A DNA stretch of 64,000 bases. Source: a virus (taxonomy: Duplodnaviria > Caudoviricetes). The stretch is taken from positions 1,038-65,037 of the IMG/VR virus record IMGVR_UViG_3300040801_003690. One strand, 5' to 3'. A program made the translations under genes and the position numbers. Shown here one piece after another: positions 38,989 through 47,636 of the stretch (within the stretch, counting starts at the first letter, position 1; every line of letters begins with the position of its first letter). Below the pieces are notes generated by a model that saw nothing but the letters and a program-made list of their open reading frames with translations, was not told where the DNA came from and ran no database searches.

Positions 38989-39651
38989 TTATTTGTAATA
39001 TTGGTCTAGTCTGGCAAGCCACATGTCGACTGATTCTTTAAACAACTCCCCATCAATTAAAAATTCAATGAATTCACACTCCCGAGTAACCATAAGAATC
39101 ACCCCAGATTTAATATCTGTACCAAACATTTCGTTGTGAGCCAGTGCATATGCTGCCAACTGACATCTATAATCTTTGATCCAATCTATTTTTTTCTTTT
39201 TTCTGGAATTTTTAAAATCTCCAATACAAGGAAGACGCTTGTATACGCCAACAAGATCAGCGGTTCCGGCATACAGCCCCTGTGTATACAAAGGACATTC
39301 TACACCCCACCACTCGTCCAAATTAGCAAGCCCTTTATTAATCATTATATTAGACATCAATTTAACCAACACCGATCCTTCTGGTTGAGTACCGTGTTTA
39401 ATATAATTTTCCATATTATGATGAAACTTGGAACCAATGTCGGTTGATTCTTTGATAACCCTATCGGCTTCCTCGTTCCCAACCTTGGCTCTCCATTTTG
39501 CCAGTGAAGCCCTATCCTGTGCCGACTTAGTTTGAGACAATATTGTAGTCACGGATGGTAACTTAACACCATCCACTTCATATACTCTGGATCCATCGGG
39601 AGAAGTAATGTCTTTGAGGGGTTTATACTCGAATTTTTGATTATATTTCAT
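38989..39651 (-). CDS. PD-(D/E)XK exonuclease
   Basis: PSVTTIL, YAGTADL, DFKNS, QLAAY. Confidence 0.9.
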   Translation of the reverse strand: MKYNQKFEYKPLKDITSPDGSRVYEVDGVKLPSVTTILSQTKSAQDRASLAKWRAKVGNEEADRVIKESTDIGSKFHHNMENYIKHGTQPEGSVLVKLMSNIMINKGLANLDEWWGVECPLYTQGLYAGTADLVGVYKRLPCIGDFKNSRKKKKIDWIKDYRCQLAAYALAHNEMFGTDIKSGVILMVTRECEFIEFLIDGELFKESVDMWLARLDQYYK

Positions 39652-39657
39652 TGACTT

Positions 39658-39686
39658 AGTATAACAAATATGCTACAAAAAGTCAA
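39658..39686 (-). promoter_or_regulatory. Sigma70-type promoter, leaderless exonuclease gene
   Basis: TTGACT-17 bp-TATACT, 6 nt before ATG. Confidence 0.8.
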
Positions 39687-39696
39687 TACAACCGTA

Positions 39697-40800
39697 CTAC
39701 CAATATATATGCCATTGCAACGTATTACCGGTATCCGGGTTAACTTCGACGTCGAAGGTATAACCCAAACAAGCAAAGTATTTTTGAATGTAATCAAGGT
39801 GGGCTGCAATGAGACGATCATCCTCCATACCAGCCCAAACCTGATAATATAGAAGGGTATCCACCGATCCAACAACTTCTGAAACATTTAATGAAATACT
39901 GGCTCCAGAACCATCGTCCCCGAGAGCAGGTATAATTGTTACGGAATCAGTGTTAATGTATCCACTCCCCCCATTAGTAACCGCGACGTCGCTAATGGCA
40001 CCAGTATCTAAAGTAACTGTAAATTCTGCACCAGACCCACTGACACTGTCAATCAATAACGTTGGATATAAGTCTTCGTATCCACTGCCCCCGTTGATTA
40101 TAGCAATGCCGGTTACAACTCCACTGTTGGTCGTTACCGTTCCACTAAAATAATTTCCGCTAGGGTGTGAAATAGCAATTTCTGCTTCAACCGGATCATA
40201 GCTTGAGCCGCCCGAATTTACCACTGTGGACAAAATCGACCCACTTCCGTTTACAGTCGCGACCGACACAGAAGCCCCTGATCCACTTGGATGAACTATG
40301 GTGATAGTATCCCCCGCCAAGTACCCAGAACCACCGGACAACACGAATACAGACGAAACTCCCCCCTCAGATACGACCACCTCAAACACAGCGTCTTCAT
40401 TACCAACACCAGTAGTATCGGCAGTGGCTCGTATTGGTTGATATCCAGATCCACCATTGGTAATGGTGAAACTTGTTATCGTGCCGTTAGTAATTACTGG
40501 TATTGCGGTAGCATTTGTTCCAATGGGGTGAGTTATAGAGGCAGTAGCACTGACCACATCATAGTTTGTGCCGCCACTGTCTATAGTTACGCTTTCAATG
40601 CTGTTGGATGCGGTTATTGGGGTTGAATCAGATATTGTTATTTCTAACTCACAATTTTTTACTGCCGCTAAAATTGCGGCTTGTATGGCATGGATTTCCG
40701 CAAAAATAGTTTCTGGACAAAGAGAAGCGTCACGGGCTTGATCCGCAGTAATAAAAGTACAGTTCCCCGATGAAGTCTGTGTTGAACCGCATGCCGCCAT
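39697..40800 (-). CDS. Virion structural protein with GGSGY repeats (baseplate-type)
   Basis: About six '(I/V)..GGS.Y' repeats. Confidence 0.75.
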   Translation of the reverse strand: MAACGSTQTSSGNCTFITADQARDASLCPETIFAEIHAIQAAILAAVKNCELEITISDSTPITASNSIESVTIDSGGTNYDVVSATASITHPIGTNATAIPVITNGTITSFTITNGGSGYQPIRATADTTGVGNEDAVFEVVVSEGGVSSVFVLSGGSGYLAGDTITIVHPSGSGASVSVATVNGSGSILSTVVNSGGSSYDPVEAEIAISHPSGNYFSGTVTTNSGVVTGIAIINGGSGYEDLYPTLLIDSVSGSGAEFTVTLDTGAISDVAVTNGGSGYINTDSVTIIPALGDDGSGASISLNVSEVVGSVDTLLYYQVWAGMEDDRLIAAHLDYIQKYFACLGYTFDVEVNPDTGNTLQWHIYW

Positions 40801-41145
40801 TTATTTCATCTCCTTGTCTGTTACCCGTTTTGCCATATCGCTGACTTTTTCTTCGCTGTCTTCGCCGTCACTGTATGTAGTTCCGTCATCATCGTCATAC
40901 TCCATGTTGCCGCCCGATACGTCTATTTTGTCGTCGTTAACGGCAGCAAAAGGAATGTCCTCTATGATATTTCGGGCCAATTCTTCCGTAATGGAAAACC
41001 CACATGACACCATGTGATCTAGAAACGACTCCATACTAAATGGTTTTAACCCGGCTGCTTTGGCTCGGGTTAAAATAATTAACGCTTCACGCTCAATGTC
41101 CTGAGCATAGCTGGAATCTTCAAGCAATAAATCTACAGCTCTCAT
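40801..41145 (-). CDS. Hypothetical protein, head cluster (114 aa)
   Basis: MRAVDLLLED N-terminus; acidic. Confidence 0.65.
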   Translation of the reverse strand: MRAVDLLLEDSSYAQDIEREALIILTRAKAAGLKPFSMESFLDHMVSCGFSITEELARNIIEDIPFAAVNDDKIDVSGGNMEYDDDDGTTYSDGEDSEEKVSDMAKRVTDKEMK

Positions 41146-41154
41146 TAGATTTGT

Positions 41155-41745
41155 TTATTGCTGCTTTGCTTTATTCAAAGCGTTCATGAGGCGTTTTGCT
41201 TCCGCAATTCTAGATTTCAAATGCTGAACACTTTCTTTTTTAGTTCTACCCAGAGGTTCGTCTTCTGGACCGGCAGCAGCAACGTCTCCTTCAAAATCAT
41301 CGCCCATGTCCAGTGCGCTATCGAGGTCGTCTAACCCGCCATCATCGGGCATACTCATTGGATCAGATTCGGGGCCTAAGTCGGGTTTCATACCCATGTC
41401 GTCGTCCATGTCCACGCCTACGTCACTAGGCAACTTTCCTTGAGCGATGTCATTAACGGCATTGTTCATAACTTGCTGGGTTTCTTTCATATTATCTAAT
41501 ATGCCTTGTAATGAAGTATCTAATTGATTGTTGAACGAATCTGCAATTTCATTGCCATAGGTTTCGCGCATCTGATCTACAACAGGACCCAAATCTTCGT
41601 TCTGAAGACGGCCAACCTTTTCTATCATGGATTGCATTTCCTGAGCGAATCCTTTGGCGGCAATCAATACTTCCGCTTGTTCTACTTCACTTTCCATAAT
41701 TTTTCGAACGTTTTTTATATATTTTTTATAAGTTTCTTTATTCAT
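41155..41745 (-). CDS. Acidic helical protein, possible prohead core/scaffold (196 aa)
   Basis: 'IMESEVEQAEV', Asp/Met-rich linker, 'PLGR.KKES'. Confidence 0.6.
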   Translation of the reverse strand: MNKETYKKYIKNVRKIMESEVEQAEVLIAAKGFAQEMQSMIEKVGRLQNEDLGPVVDQMRETYGNEIADSFNNQLDTSLQGILDNMKETQQVMNNAVNDIAQGKLPSDVGVDMDDDMGMKPDLGPESDPMSMPDDGGLDDLDSALDMGDDFEGDVAAAGPEDEPLGRTKKESVQHLKSRIAEAKRLMNALNKAKQQ

Positions 41746-42364
41746 GGGGGTTTCCTAAAATTTTATACATTTCGTTGACCATACTGCGTTCATATTGTTT
41801 CAACAATTTCGATGACTTCGATTGAAAAAAATCATTAACAAGGCTTTCGCCATACAGCGACGACGATGCGGATACGTGCGTTACATCAGACAACGTTTTG
41901 CCATAATTTTTTTCAAGTGTTGGGCTTACTGATTTCATAAAACCTTCAATTATTTTTTTCATCAACACGGTGTTGTATTTGTCATTACCAGTTGAAGTGT
42001 AAATTGAAACAACGTCCTCCACCAAAGGTAAATCTCCAGTCTCTTCGACTGTCTCGGCAATAAATCCAGCCAATGCCACCAATACCTCCTCAAACATGCC
42101 GTCGTAGTGAGATTTTTCTTTCTCATTAATGAGCGTTGATAATCCTTCTATAATCAAAATATTTTGAGAATAGACAGGATTCAGGTGTGTTAGTTGGGTA
42201 TCCTCCCGTATCACTTGGTTTCGTTTGATGACGCCAAAAAGAGCATCATACAAATCATTCAGACTAGCATTTTCAGAAATACTAACGCTATAATTGTTCT
42301 TCAAAAACCCATTGATATTGGCTAATTTATGTTTACCGGTTTGGTTTAGATCACACAAAAACAT
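41738..42364 (-). CDS. Late hypothetical protein (208 aa)
   Basis: Late motif at 42393-42400; AAGGA SD. Confidence 0.65.
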   Translation of the reverse strand: MFLCDLNQTGKHKLANINGFLKNNYSVSISENASLNDLYDALFGVIKRNQVIREDTQLTHLNPVYSQNILIIEGLSTLINEKEKSHYDGMFEEVLVALAGFIAETVEETGDLPLVEDVVSIYTSTGNDKYNTVLMKKIIEGFMKSVSPTLEKNYGKTLSDVTHVSASSSLYGESLVNDFFQSKSSKLLKQYERSMVNEMYKILGNPHE

Positions 42365-42423
42365 ATAACTATATCCTTTATTAATTTAATAGTATTTATC
42401 TTAAATGAATTATTTTTCAATAA

Positions 42424-42837
42424 TTAATCGTCGGCGTTGTCGAACGCAACTTTATATTTTATGTTCCAAAGGTGCTCTAGTGCATCTATTTTGGTTGATT
42501 CATATAAATCCCATTTGTTGGTGTTTTTATATACAACCATATCCATGTATTTCTTGGTAAAATGCTTCTCTTCCGACAAAATATAATCAATCTGGTCTTT
42601 CGTATTTTTCTCCAAACACGACGCTACCGCATACGCCACCCCGAAAAATAAAATAGAATCACATACCAAGTCATCATTCAAATAAATAGAATACAAGGAT
42701 CCTTCTTTTCTGATAACGTATTTTCCAACACAAAAATTATGTACAATTCTAGCTGCAACTTGATCAGTTATCTCATCAAATTTTTCTATAACATCTGCAC
42801 GTGATAACTTTTTCTTGGTTTTAAACAAACTAAACAT
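42424..42837 (-). CDS. Hypothetical protein (137 aa)
   Basis: ORF in operon order. Confidence 0.6.
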   Translation of the reverse strand: MFSLFKTKKKLSRADVIEKFDEITDQVAARIVHNFCVGKYVIRKEGSLYSIYLNDDLVCDSILFFGVAYAVASCLEKNTKDQIDYILSEEKHFTKKYMDMVVYKNTNKWDLYESTKIDALEHLWNIKYKVAFDNADD

Positions 42838-42842
42838 GTGAT

Positions 42843-43460
42843 TTATTTCCTACGCTTGTGTATTTTTCCGACCGGCTGGGGAGCAGATGCTACCGCCCCA
42901 GCGCCCGTACAACCACCAGAAGAAGTTTCATCAACTTCTTGTTCATCCTCTATCCCAGCCAATTTTTTCAAACGACCCATTTCTTCTTGAACATCATCTT
43001 CTTCAACTGATTCGTTTTTTGAATTTGTTGTCCCTAAAGCATTAACTAAATTTTTACCTTTCTGGTATGAAGAAGACCCAGTGATGGCGTCTAATTTCTT
43101 CTTCAATTCATCCCAAGGAGTTGGCGTTTTTTCATCATCTCCCTTGCTCGGTGTGTTGGACTGTTGTGGAAGGGGAGAACTCCCGGAAGGACCGTCTACT
43201 TTGGACGCACTGTATGCGTTATCTTTTGGTCCCTGCCCAGTGTTTGTGGCATCACGTGAATTATCGGCTTCTACTATAGATTTGAATAATCTACGCATGC
43301 GAAAATCATCTTTGTCGTTGTATGCTTCGTGCATAGCAATAAATTGAGTTAAGCTCATTTCAGAAATACGCCGATTAACTTCATTCTCTTTCATGGATGT
43401 CAGTTCGTTAATATACGTAATAAGTTCGCTATCAATTTCGTTTCGGTATGGTGCAGGCAT
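42843..43460 (-). CDS. Hypothetical protein, head cluster (205 aa)
   Basis: 'RLKKLAGI' and 'DETSSGG..AGAVA' segments. Confidence 0.65.
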   Translation of the reverse strand: MPAPYRNEIDSELITYINELTSMKENEVNRRISEMSLTQFIAMHEAYNDKDDFRMRRLFKSIVEADNSRDATNTGQGPKDNAYSASKVDGPSGSSPLPQQSNTPSKGDDEKTPTPWDELKKKLDAITGSSSYQKGKNLVNALGTTNSKNESVEEDDVQEEMGRLKKLAGIEDEQEVDETSSGGCTGAGAVASAPQPVGKIHKRRK

Positions 43461-43461
43461 A

Positions 43462-43941
43462 TTATAATAATTCCTTTCTGGTAAATTCTATATTTTTTGT
43501 TTGTCCGTTAGTTGACAGTATTGCTCCCGATGGAAGAATAACCCCATGCAATTCGTCAATTAAAAATCCTACTGGGCCAATTGATCCATTGGGTCCGTTG
43601 TTTTCAAATACATTTTCAAGTTCTACTGCAAATTTCCAAACGAATCCTTCCCCGGATAGTGTCGGTGCGGCCACATCTTCGTTACTCCGGACACTCAAAT
43701 CTGCAACAGCAATTGGGTTAGTCATGATAACTGGCATTGCTCTCAGCCCAATAGACTGCAATAACACTTCAAAATTCTTTTGGCTTACGTCCGAGTAATC
43801 ACCAGTAACCCGTATATTAATACATTCGGCATTGTCTGGGTCCGAATAAGCATAGGAAGAACACGCATACGCCGTATAGTATTGTAGGTTTCTAGACAAA
43901 TTTTCATGGGCAAATGCTGCTCCATTAATACGCTGCGGCAT
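43462..43941 (-). CDS. Probable virion protein (159 aa)
   Basis: Late motif at 43964-43971; RINGA N-terminus shared with 44041..44379. Confidence 0.65.
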   Translation of the reverse strand: MPQRINGAAFAHENLSRNLQYYTAYACSSYAYSDPDNAECINIRVTGDYSDVSQKNFEVLLQSIGLRAMPVIMTNPIAVADLSVRSNEDVAAPTLSGEGFVWKFAVELENVFENNGPNGSIGPVGFLIDELHGVILPSGAILSTNGQTKNIEFTRKELL

Positions 43942-43991
43942 AATAGTGTTCCTTTCTTTTTCATATTTATCACATATTAAAAATTAATCAT

Positions 43992-44023
43992 AAAAAAAAC
44001 CCGGCAAGAGCCGGGTTTTTTTT
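43992..44023. terminator. Intrinsic terminator
   Basis: AAAAAAAACCCGGC-AAGA-GCCGGGTTTTTTTT. Confidence 0.92.
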
Positions 44024-44040
44024 TGATTCAATGGTTTCTA

Positions 44041-44379
44041 TTAACCAGCAGTAAAATCAGTACCAACGTTAGAGAAGGTAGCACTAGACAAGCCAGCTAA
44101 TGCATCAATCAACGCTTCTACTTCGGTAACTACAGCAGAATCGTCATATGCCTGAGCATAGTCCATAATCAATTCAATAACAGTTGCAGAGGTCACGCGC
44201 AGGCCAATAACCGTGCAGCGTGTTTGAACTGCTTCGATGACCATTTCCAATCCACTGTTAACAACTTCGTTGTCAACGTCATTCTGAAAATCGCCGCCCG
44301 TAACTGTCAACGTTGCGAAACGTACGTCAGCCGAAAACCATACACCTTCTTGGGGTGCGCCATTAATTCTTGTTGCCAT
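44041..44379 (-). CDS. Probable abundant small virion protein (112 aa)
   Basis: Own late motif (44417-44424), GGAG SD and terminator. Confidence 0.7.
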   Translation of the reverse strand: MATRINGAPQEGVWFSADVRFATLTVTGGDFQNDVDNEVVNSGLEMVIEAVQTRCTVIGLRVTSATVIELIMDYAQAYDDSAVVTEVEALIDALAGLSSATFSNVGTDFTAG

Positions 44380-44460
44380 GTTTTAAATCTCCATGTATTT
44401 TAACATTGTTTGTATTTATTTATCTTTTTCTACCAAAAATATATCATTTTACCGTAAATA

Positions 44461-45738
44461 TCACTGACGAGGCATAACTGGGCGGTTATCCGGACGCCGA
44501 TGTTGTGGGCGCATTCCTTTTGCCCCATTAATCTTATCCATCACCCCATCTTCAATTACGCCCTCGTCGGGGCCATTCTCGATATTATACATAAATATTT
44601 CAGATTTATCTAAATCATATTTTTCCGCGATATCCGCCAATTTACCTTCATAGGTATCGCCTTTATAAAAATAAAAAGTACCTAGTGTTTTCCACTCGCT
44701 GGGCCTGATTCCTTCTTCCTTTTTCTTCGCTACCCATTGTCCAATCATGTGATCTGTACTTTCTTTCATATCCCTACGATAAGCACCCAATTTAGCCCTA
44801 AGATCTGTCATTATACCTTCGGTGACTTTTAAATCCATTAACCTATCACGACACAGTTGCCTTAGTTTCTTTTCTTCTTCTTTGGAATCCAACTGATTAA
44901 CAGTCCTCATATAAATAGAGCGAACTTCGTCTTTTGTCCGGGCATTAGTTAATTCGTACTCATAATTTCTTTTTGGCAAAAACCCGTCATCTTCTGTTTC
45001 GTTTGTTTGACCGCCGTTTTCATCGGAATCATCACTAAATTGATTAACAACCTCATCGCCCATATCAGTGGCTACGTCGGCAACCGCCCCCGCTCCAGCA
45101 GCAGCCGCAGATCCAGCTAAACTTGCGGCTCCCTTTAACCCGGATCCAACAGCGGATACGATTGCCGGTGCTGCCATAGCCGCACCGCGAACTAGCCAAG
45201 GCCACAATTCGTATAATTTTTCTTCTCTCTTATCCATTTCTATAATATCCTCATTATGTTCGTCTACTTTACCACGGACGGTAGTTACTCTTCCTTCCCG
45301 ATCCAAGCATAGTTTTGTCATATACAGTGCAATATCCGCCGCACTATGTTTCGACATAATTTCTCGCTCTTTTCTCATTTTTTCAATTTTAGAGTATCCT
45401 AGGCGTTGTAACAAATTCACAGCAGCTTTTTTGGCAACATCAGGGGCCATGTCTACCAGCTTAAACGCCATTTTCACAACGTCCCCTGCCTCGTTCAATA
45501 AATCGTCATCTTGGGCAAGAGATTCGCCCACTCCACCAGCACCACCAGCTCCACCATCGCCTCCTGCGGAAACACCTCCACCAGAAGGGCCAGCGTCACC
45601 CACTCCAACCCCACTATACGCCGGGTTAGTCATATATGGAACTGTTCCTTTGGCTTTGGATTTTTTGGTTTTATTGGACTTTTTCTTGCCCGATCTGGGC
45701 TTACCCGGATCTCCATACCAATCATATAACTCAGTCAT
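44461..45738 (-). CDS. Low-complexity protein, possible internal/ejected head protein (425 aa)
   Basis: Gly-rich tract, Ala/Gly hydrophobic helix, several L/V-x-E sites. Confidence 0.65.
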   Translation of the reverse strand: MTELYDWYGDPGKPRSGKKKSNKTKKSKAKGTVPYMTNPAYSGVGVGDAGPSGGGVSAGGDGGAGGAGGVGESLAQDDDLLNEAGDVVKMAFKLVDMAPDVAKKAAVNLLQRLGYSKIEKMRKEREIMSKHSAADIALYMTKLCLDREGRVTTVRGKVDEHNEDIIEMDKREEKLYELWPWLVRGAAMAAPAIVSAVGSGLKGAASLAGSAAAAGAGAVADVATDMGDEVVNQFSDDSDENGGQTNETEDDGFLPKRNYEYELTNARTKDEVRSIYMRTVNQLDSKEEEKKLRQLCRDRLMDLKVTEGIMTDLRAKLGAYRRDMKESTDHMIGQWVAKKKEEGIRPSEWKTLGTFYFYKGDTYEGKLADIAEKYDLDKSEIFMYNIENGPDEGVIEDGVMDKINGAKGMRPQHRRPDNRPVMPRQ

Positions 45739-46306
45739 ATTTCTTTTTTAGCTCGCTTATTTTGGTTAATACTTCTGATGAACTAGATATTCTTCGGATA
45801 TGAGATTCCAAGGATCTAATAGTGTCTTTTTTCTTCTGGTCAGATATATCATCCCAAAGGACACAATTTCTTCGTAACCCTCTATACCGACTGTCCCTCA
45901 TTCGAATATCTCGCTCAATATCATAAAAAAATTGTCTACTATATGTATCAGTATAAGTATGTGATCGTGATATTCTATCAATAAAAGTATTAAGCTTTCC
46001 TGTATTTATACGAATTCTTCTTTTTATCTCGTCGTTATAAGGATAAGATTCATGATTGCCTAACAACAAATAAATTAAAAGATACAAATCCGTTTGCGAA
46101 GACCTAAAATAATCGTAATTATTAAATACTCGCGTACGTCGCAAATATGTTCTGCTCCATTCAATATTTTCCAAATAATACAAATAATGGACCAACAACG
46201 AAAGATAAAACAGCGCAGTCGCATCATCGACACGAAATCGACGAAATGCCGTACCGGACGAAAAGGTTCTGCTTTCAGTCAATGTGTTTATGAGTTCATA
46301 TGTCAT
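45731..46306 (-). CDS. Hypothetical protein (191 aa)
   Basis: Coupled ORF; 'LTESR' N-terminus. Confidence 0.65.
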   Translation of the reverse strand: MTYELINTLTESRTFSSGTAFRRFRVDDATALFYLSLLVHYLYYLENIEWSRTYLRRTRVFNNYDYFRSSQTDLYLLIYLLLGNHESYPYNDEIKRRIRINTGKLNTFIDRISRSHTYTDTYSRQFFYDIERDIRMRDSRYRGLRRNCVLWDDISDQKKKDTIRSLESHIRRISSSSEVLTKISELKKKYD

Positions 46307-47184
46307 TTTATATAAGGCCTCAGTTCGGGTGGATAATCCTCCACTCGATAATACACTTTGTATTTGTCACTCAACGTTTTCATATTCCTAATCATCGCTT
46401 CATATATCCGTCTAGCTTTTACCGGATCATAGGTATCTCTAACTGAAGCTACCAAGGTTTCTACGCTATCTAGCGAATATGGTCCGGTGTTAGAAGAAAA
46501 TAAAGTTTGAGCTATTTGTGACGGATCTTTTATTCCTACGGATAAAATAGTAGTTTTCTGTCTTTGATTCCACTCGCCCGTTCGAACACTACGAACACTT
46601 TCTTTGCGAATTGGTACTAGACCGTCGGTAGAAGACCATCTCCAACATTCATGCCAAATTGGTCTACCTAGCGAATCCCTTTCATCGCTTTCTTTATAAT
46701 GTAAGTTAGATGCTATTGCGCGAATTGCTGCATTACGATACATTCCCTTGAAACGCGATTCCGACGAAGAATGGTAATAGACAGCTAACCACTGTGGTTC
46801 GCTTGATATCATTAGATCTACTTGAACAGACCCAGTTCTCCCATTACCTAACGAAGCATCATAACTTTGTATAGGCACCAATAGAGATATCATTTTTCCA
46901 TGTATTGAAATTTTACTGGCATCAAAAATTGCCTGAATTTTGTTCAAATAAAAATCAAAATCATCCATACCTCTTTCTGGTATTGCAAAATCTAAATCAC
47001 CAGAAAAGGTTACTTTTCCCGTAGATCCCAAAGGGTATCGACCCAAATCGGATATGCCCAATTTGGATTTCAAATACTCAACTGTGGGGGGTATTTCTGT
47101 GTAATGAATTTCACCGGCAAAATCAAATATATTGCCGCCTTCATTTATTGTTTTTTTTTTATTTTGGATGGCTTTGGATATTTT
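46303..47184 (-). CDS. Pol-beta-superfamily nucleotidyltransferase domain (frame open from 47184, no in-frame ATG before the catalytic motif)
   Basis: LGSTGK...SGDLDFAI and VQVDLM carboxylate motifs. Confidence 0.75.
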   Translation of the reverse strand, partial: KISKAIQNKKKTINEGGNIFDFAGEIHYTEIPPTVEYLKSKLGISDLGRYPLGSTGKVTFSGDLDFAIPERGMDDFDFYLNKIQAIFDASKISIHGKMISLLVPIQSYDASLGNGRTGSVQVDLMISSEPQWLAVYYHSSSESRFKGMYRNAAIRAIASNLHYKESDERDSLGRPIWHECWRWSSTDGLVPIRKESVRSVRTGEWNQRQKTTILSVGIKDPSQIAQTLFSSNTGPYSLDSVETLVASVRDTYDPVKARRIYEAMIRNMKTLSDKYKVYYRVEDYPPELRPYIK

Positions 47185-47603
47185 TCACACAAATGTGCTT
47201 GAGCAATTTTCCAATATGACCCCGAATCACCACTTTCTTGTATTATATCGCCGTGAGGCCAGTACACAGCCTCTAAAACCGCATCTTCGGGATATTTCCA
47301 CCATTCTTCTTGTTTTATTTGACGATCTACTTCATGGAGGGTTTCCTTCAACAAACCACCGTCCGTTTCCTTTAAGCCTTTCAGAATGCGTTCGCGATGG
47401 CTAACTCCCTTGTTTTTCCAAAACTTAACCAGTTCGTCTTTAACAATTTTTTTTCTTTTTTCGCCCTTGACAACCCGGCGCTTGATGTTGGTCATTAGAG
47501 AACGCAAATCATTACCAGATAACTTGGTATTACCCGAAATGTCCGATGGACGGCTCAAGCGGTATTCATTCAACTTCTTCGTAGATTTATCGTCTTTTTT
47601 CAT
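47145..47603 (-). CDS. Late basic protein; possible N-terminal part of the nucleotidyltransferase
   Basis: Late motif at 47624-47631; ends just after an A10 tract. Confidence 0.65.
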   Translation of the reverse strand: MKKDDKSTKKLNEYRLSRPSDISGNTKLSGNDLRSLMTNIKRRVVKGEKRKKIVKDELVKFWKNKGVSHRERILKGLKETDGGLLKETLHEVDRQIKQEEWWKYPEDAVLEAVYWPHGDIIQESGDSGSYWKIAQAHLCEKYPKPSKIKKKQ

Positions 47604-47636
47604 AATTAGCATTCCATATGGAGTATTTATCACATA

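Noticed and set aside
38989-39651. Cas4 / CRISPR adaptation gene
   Set aside because: Lacks the four-Cys Fe-S cluster pattern and any cas context, so it is read as an ordinary phage PD-(D/E)XK exonuclease.
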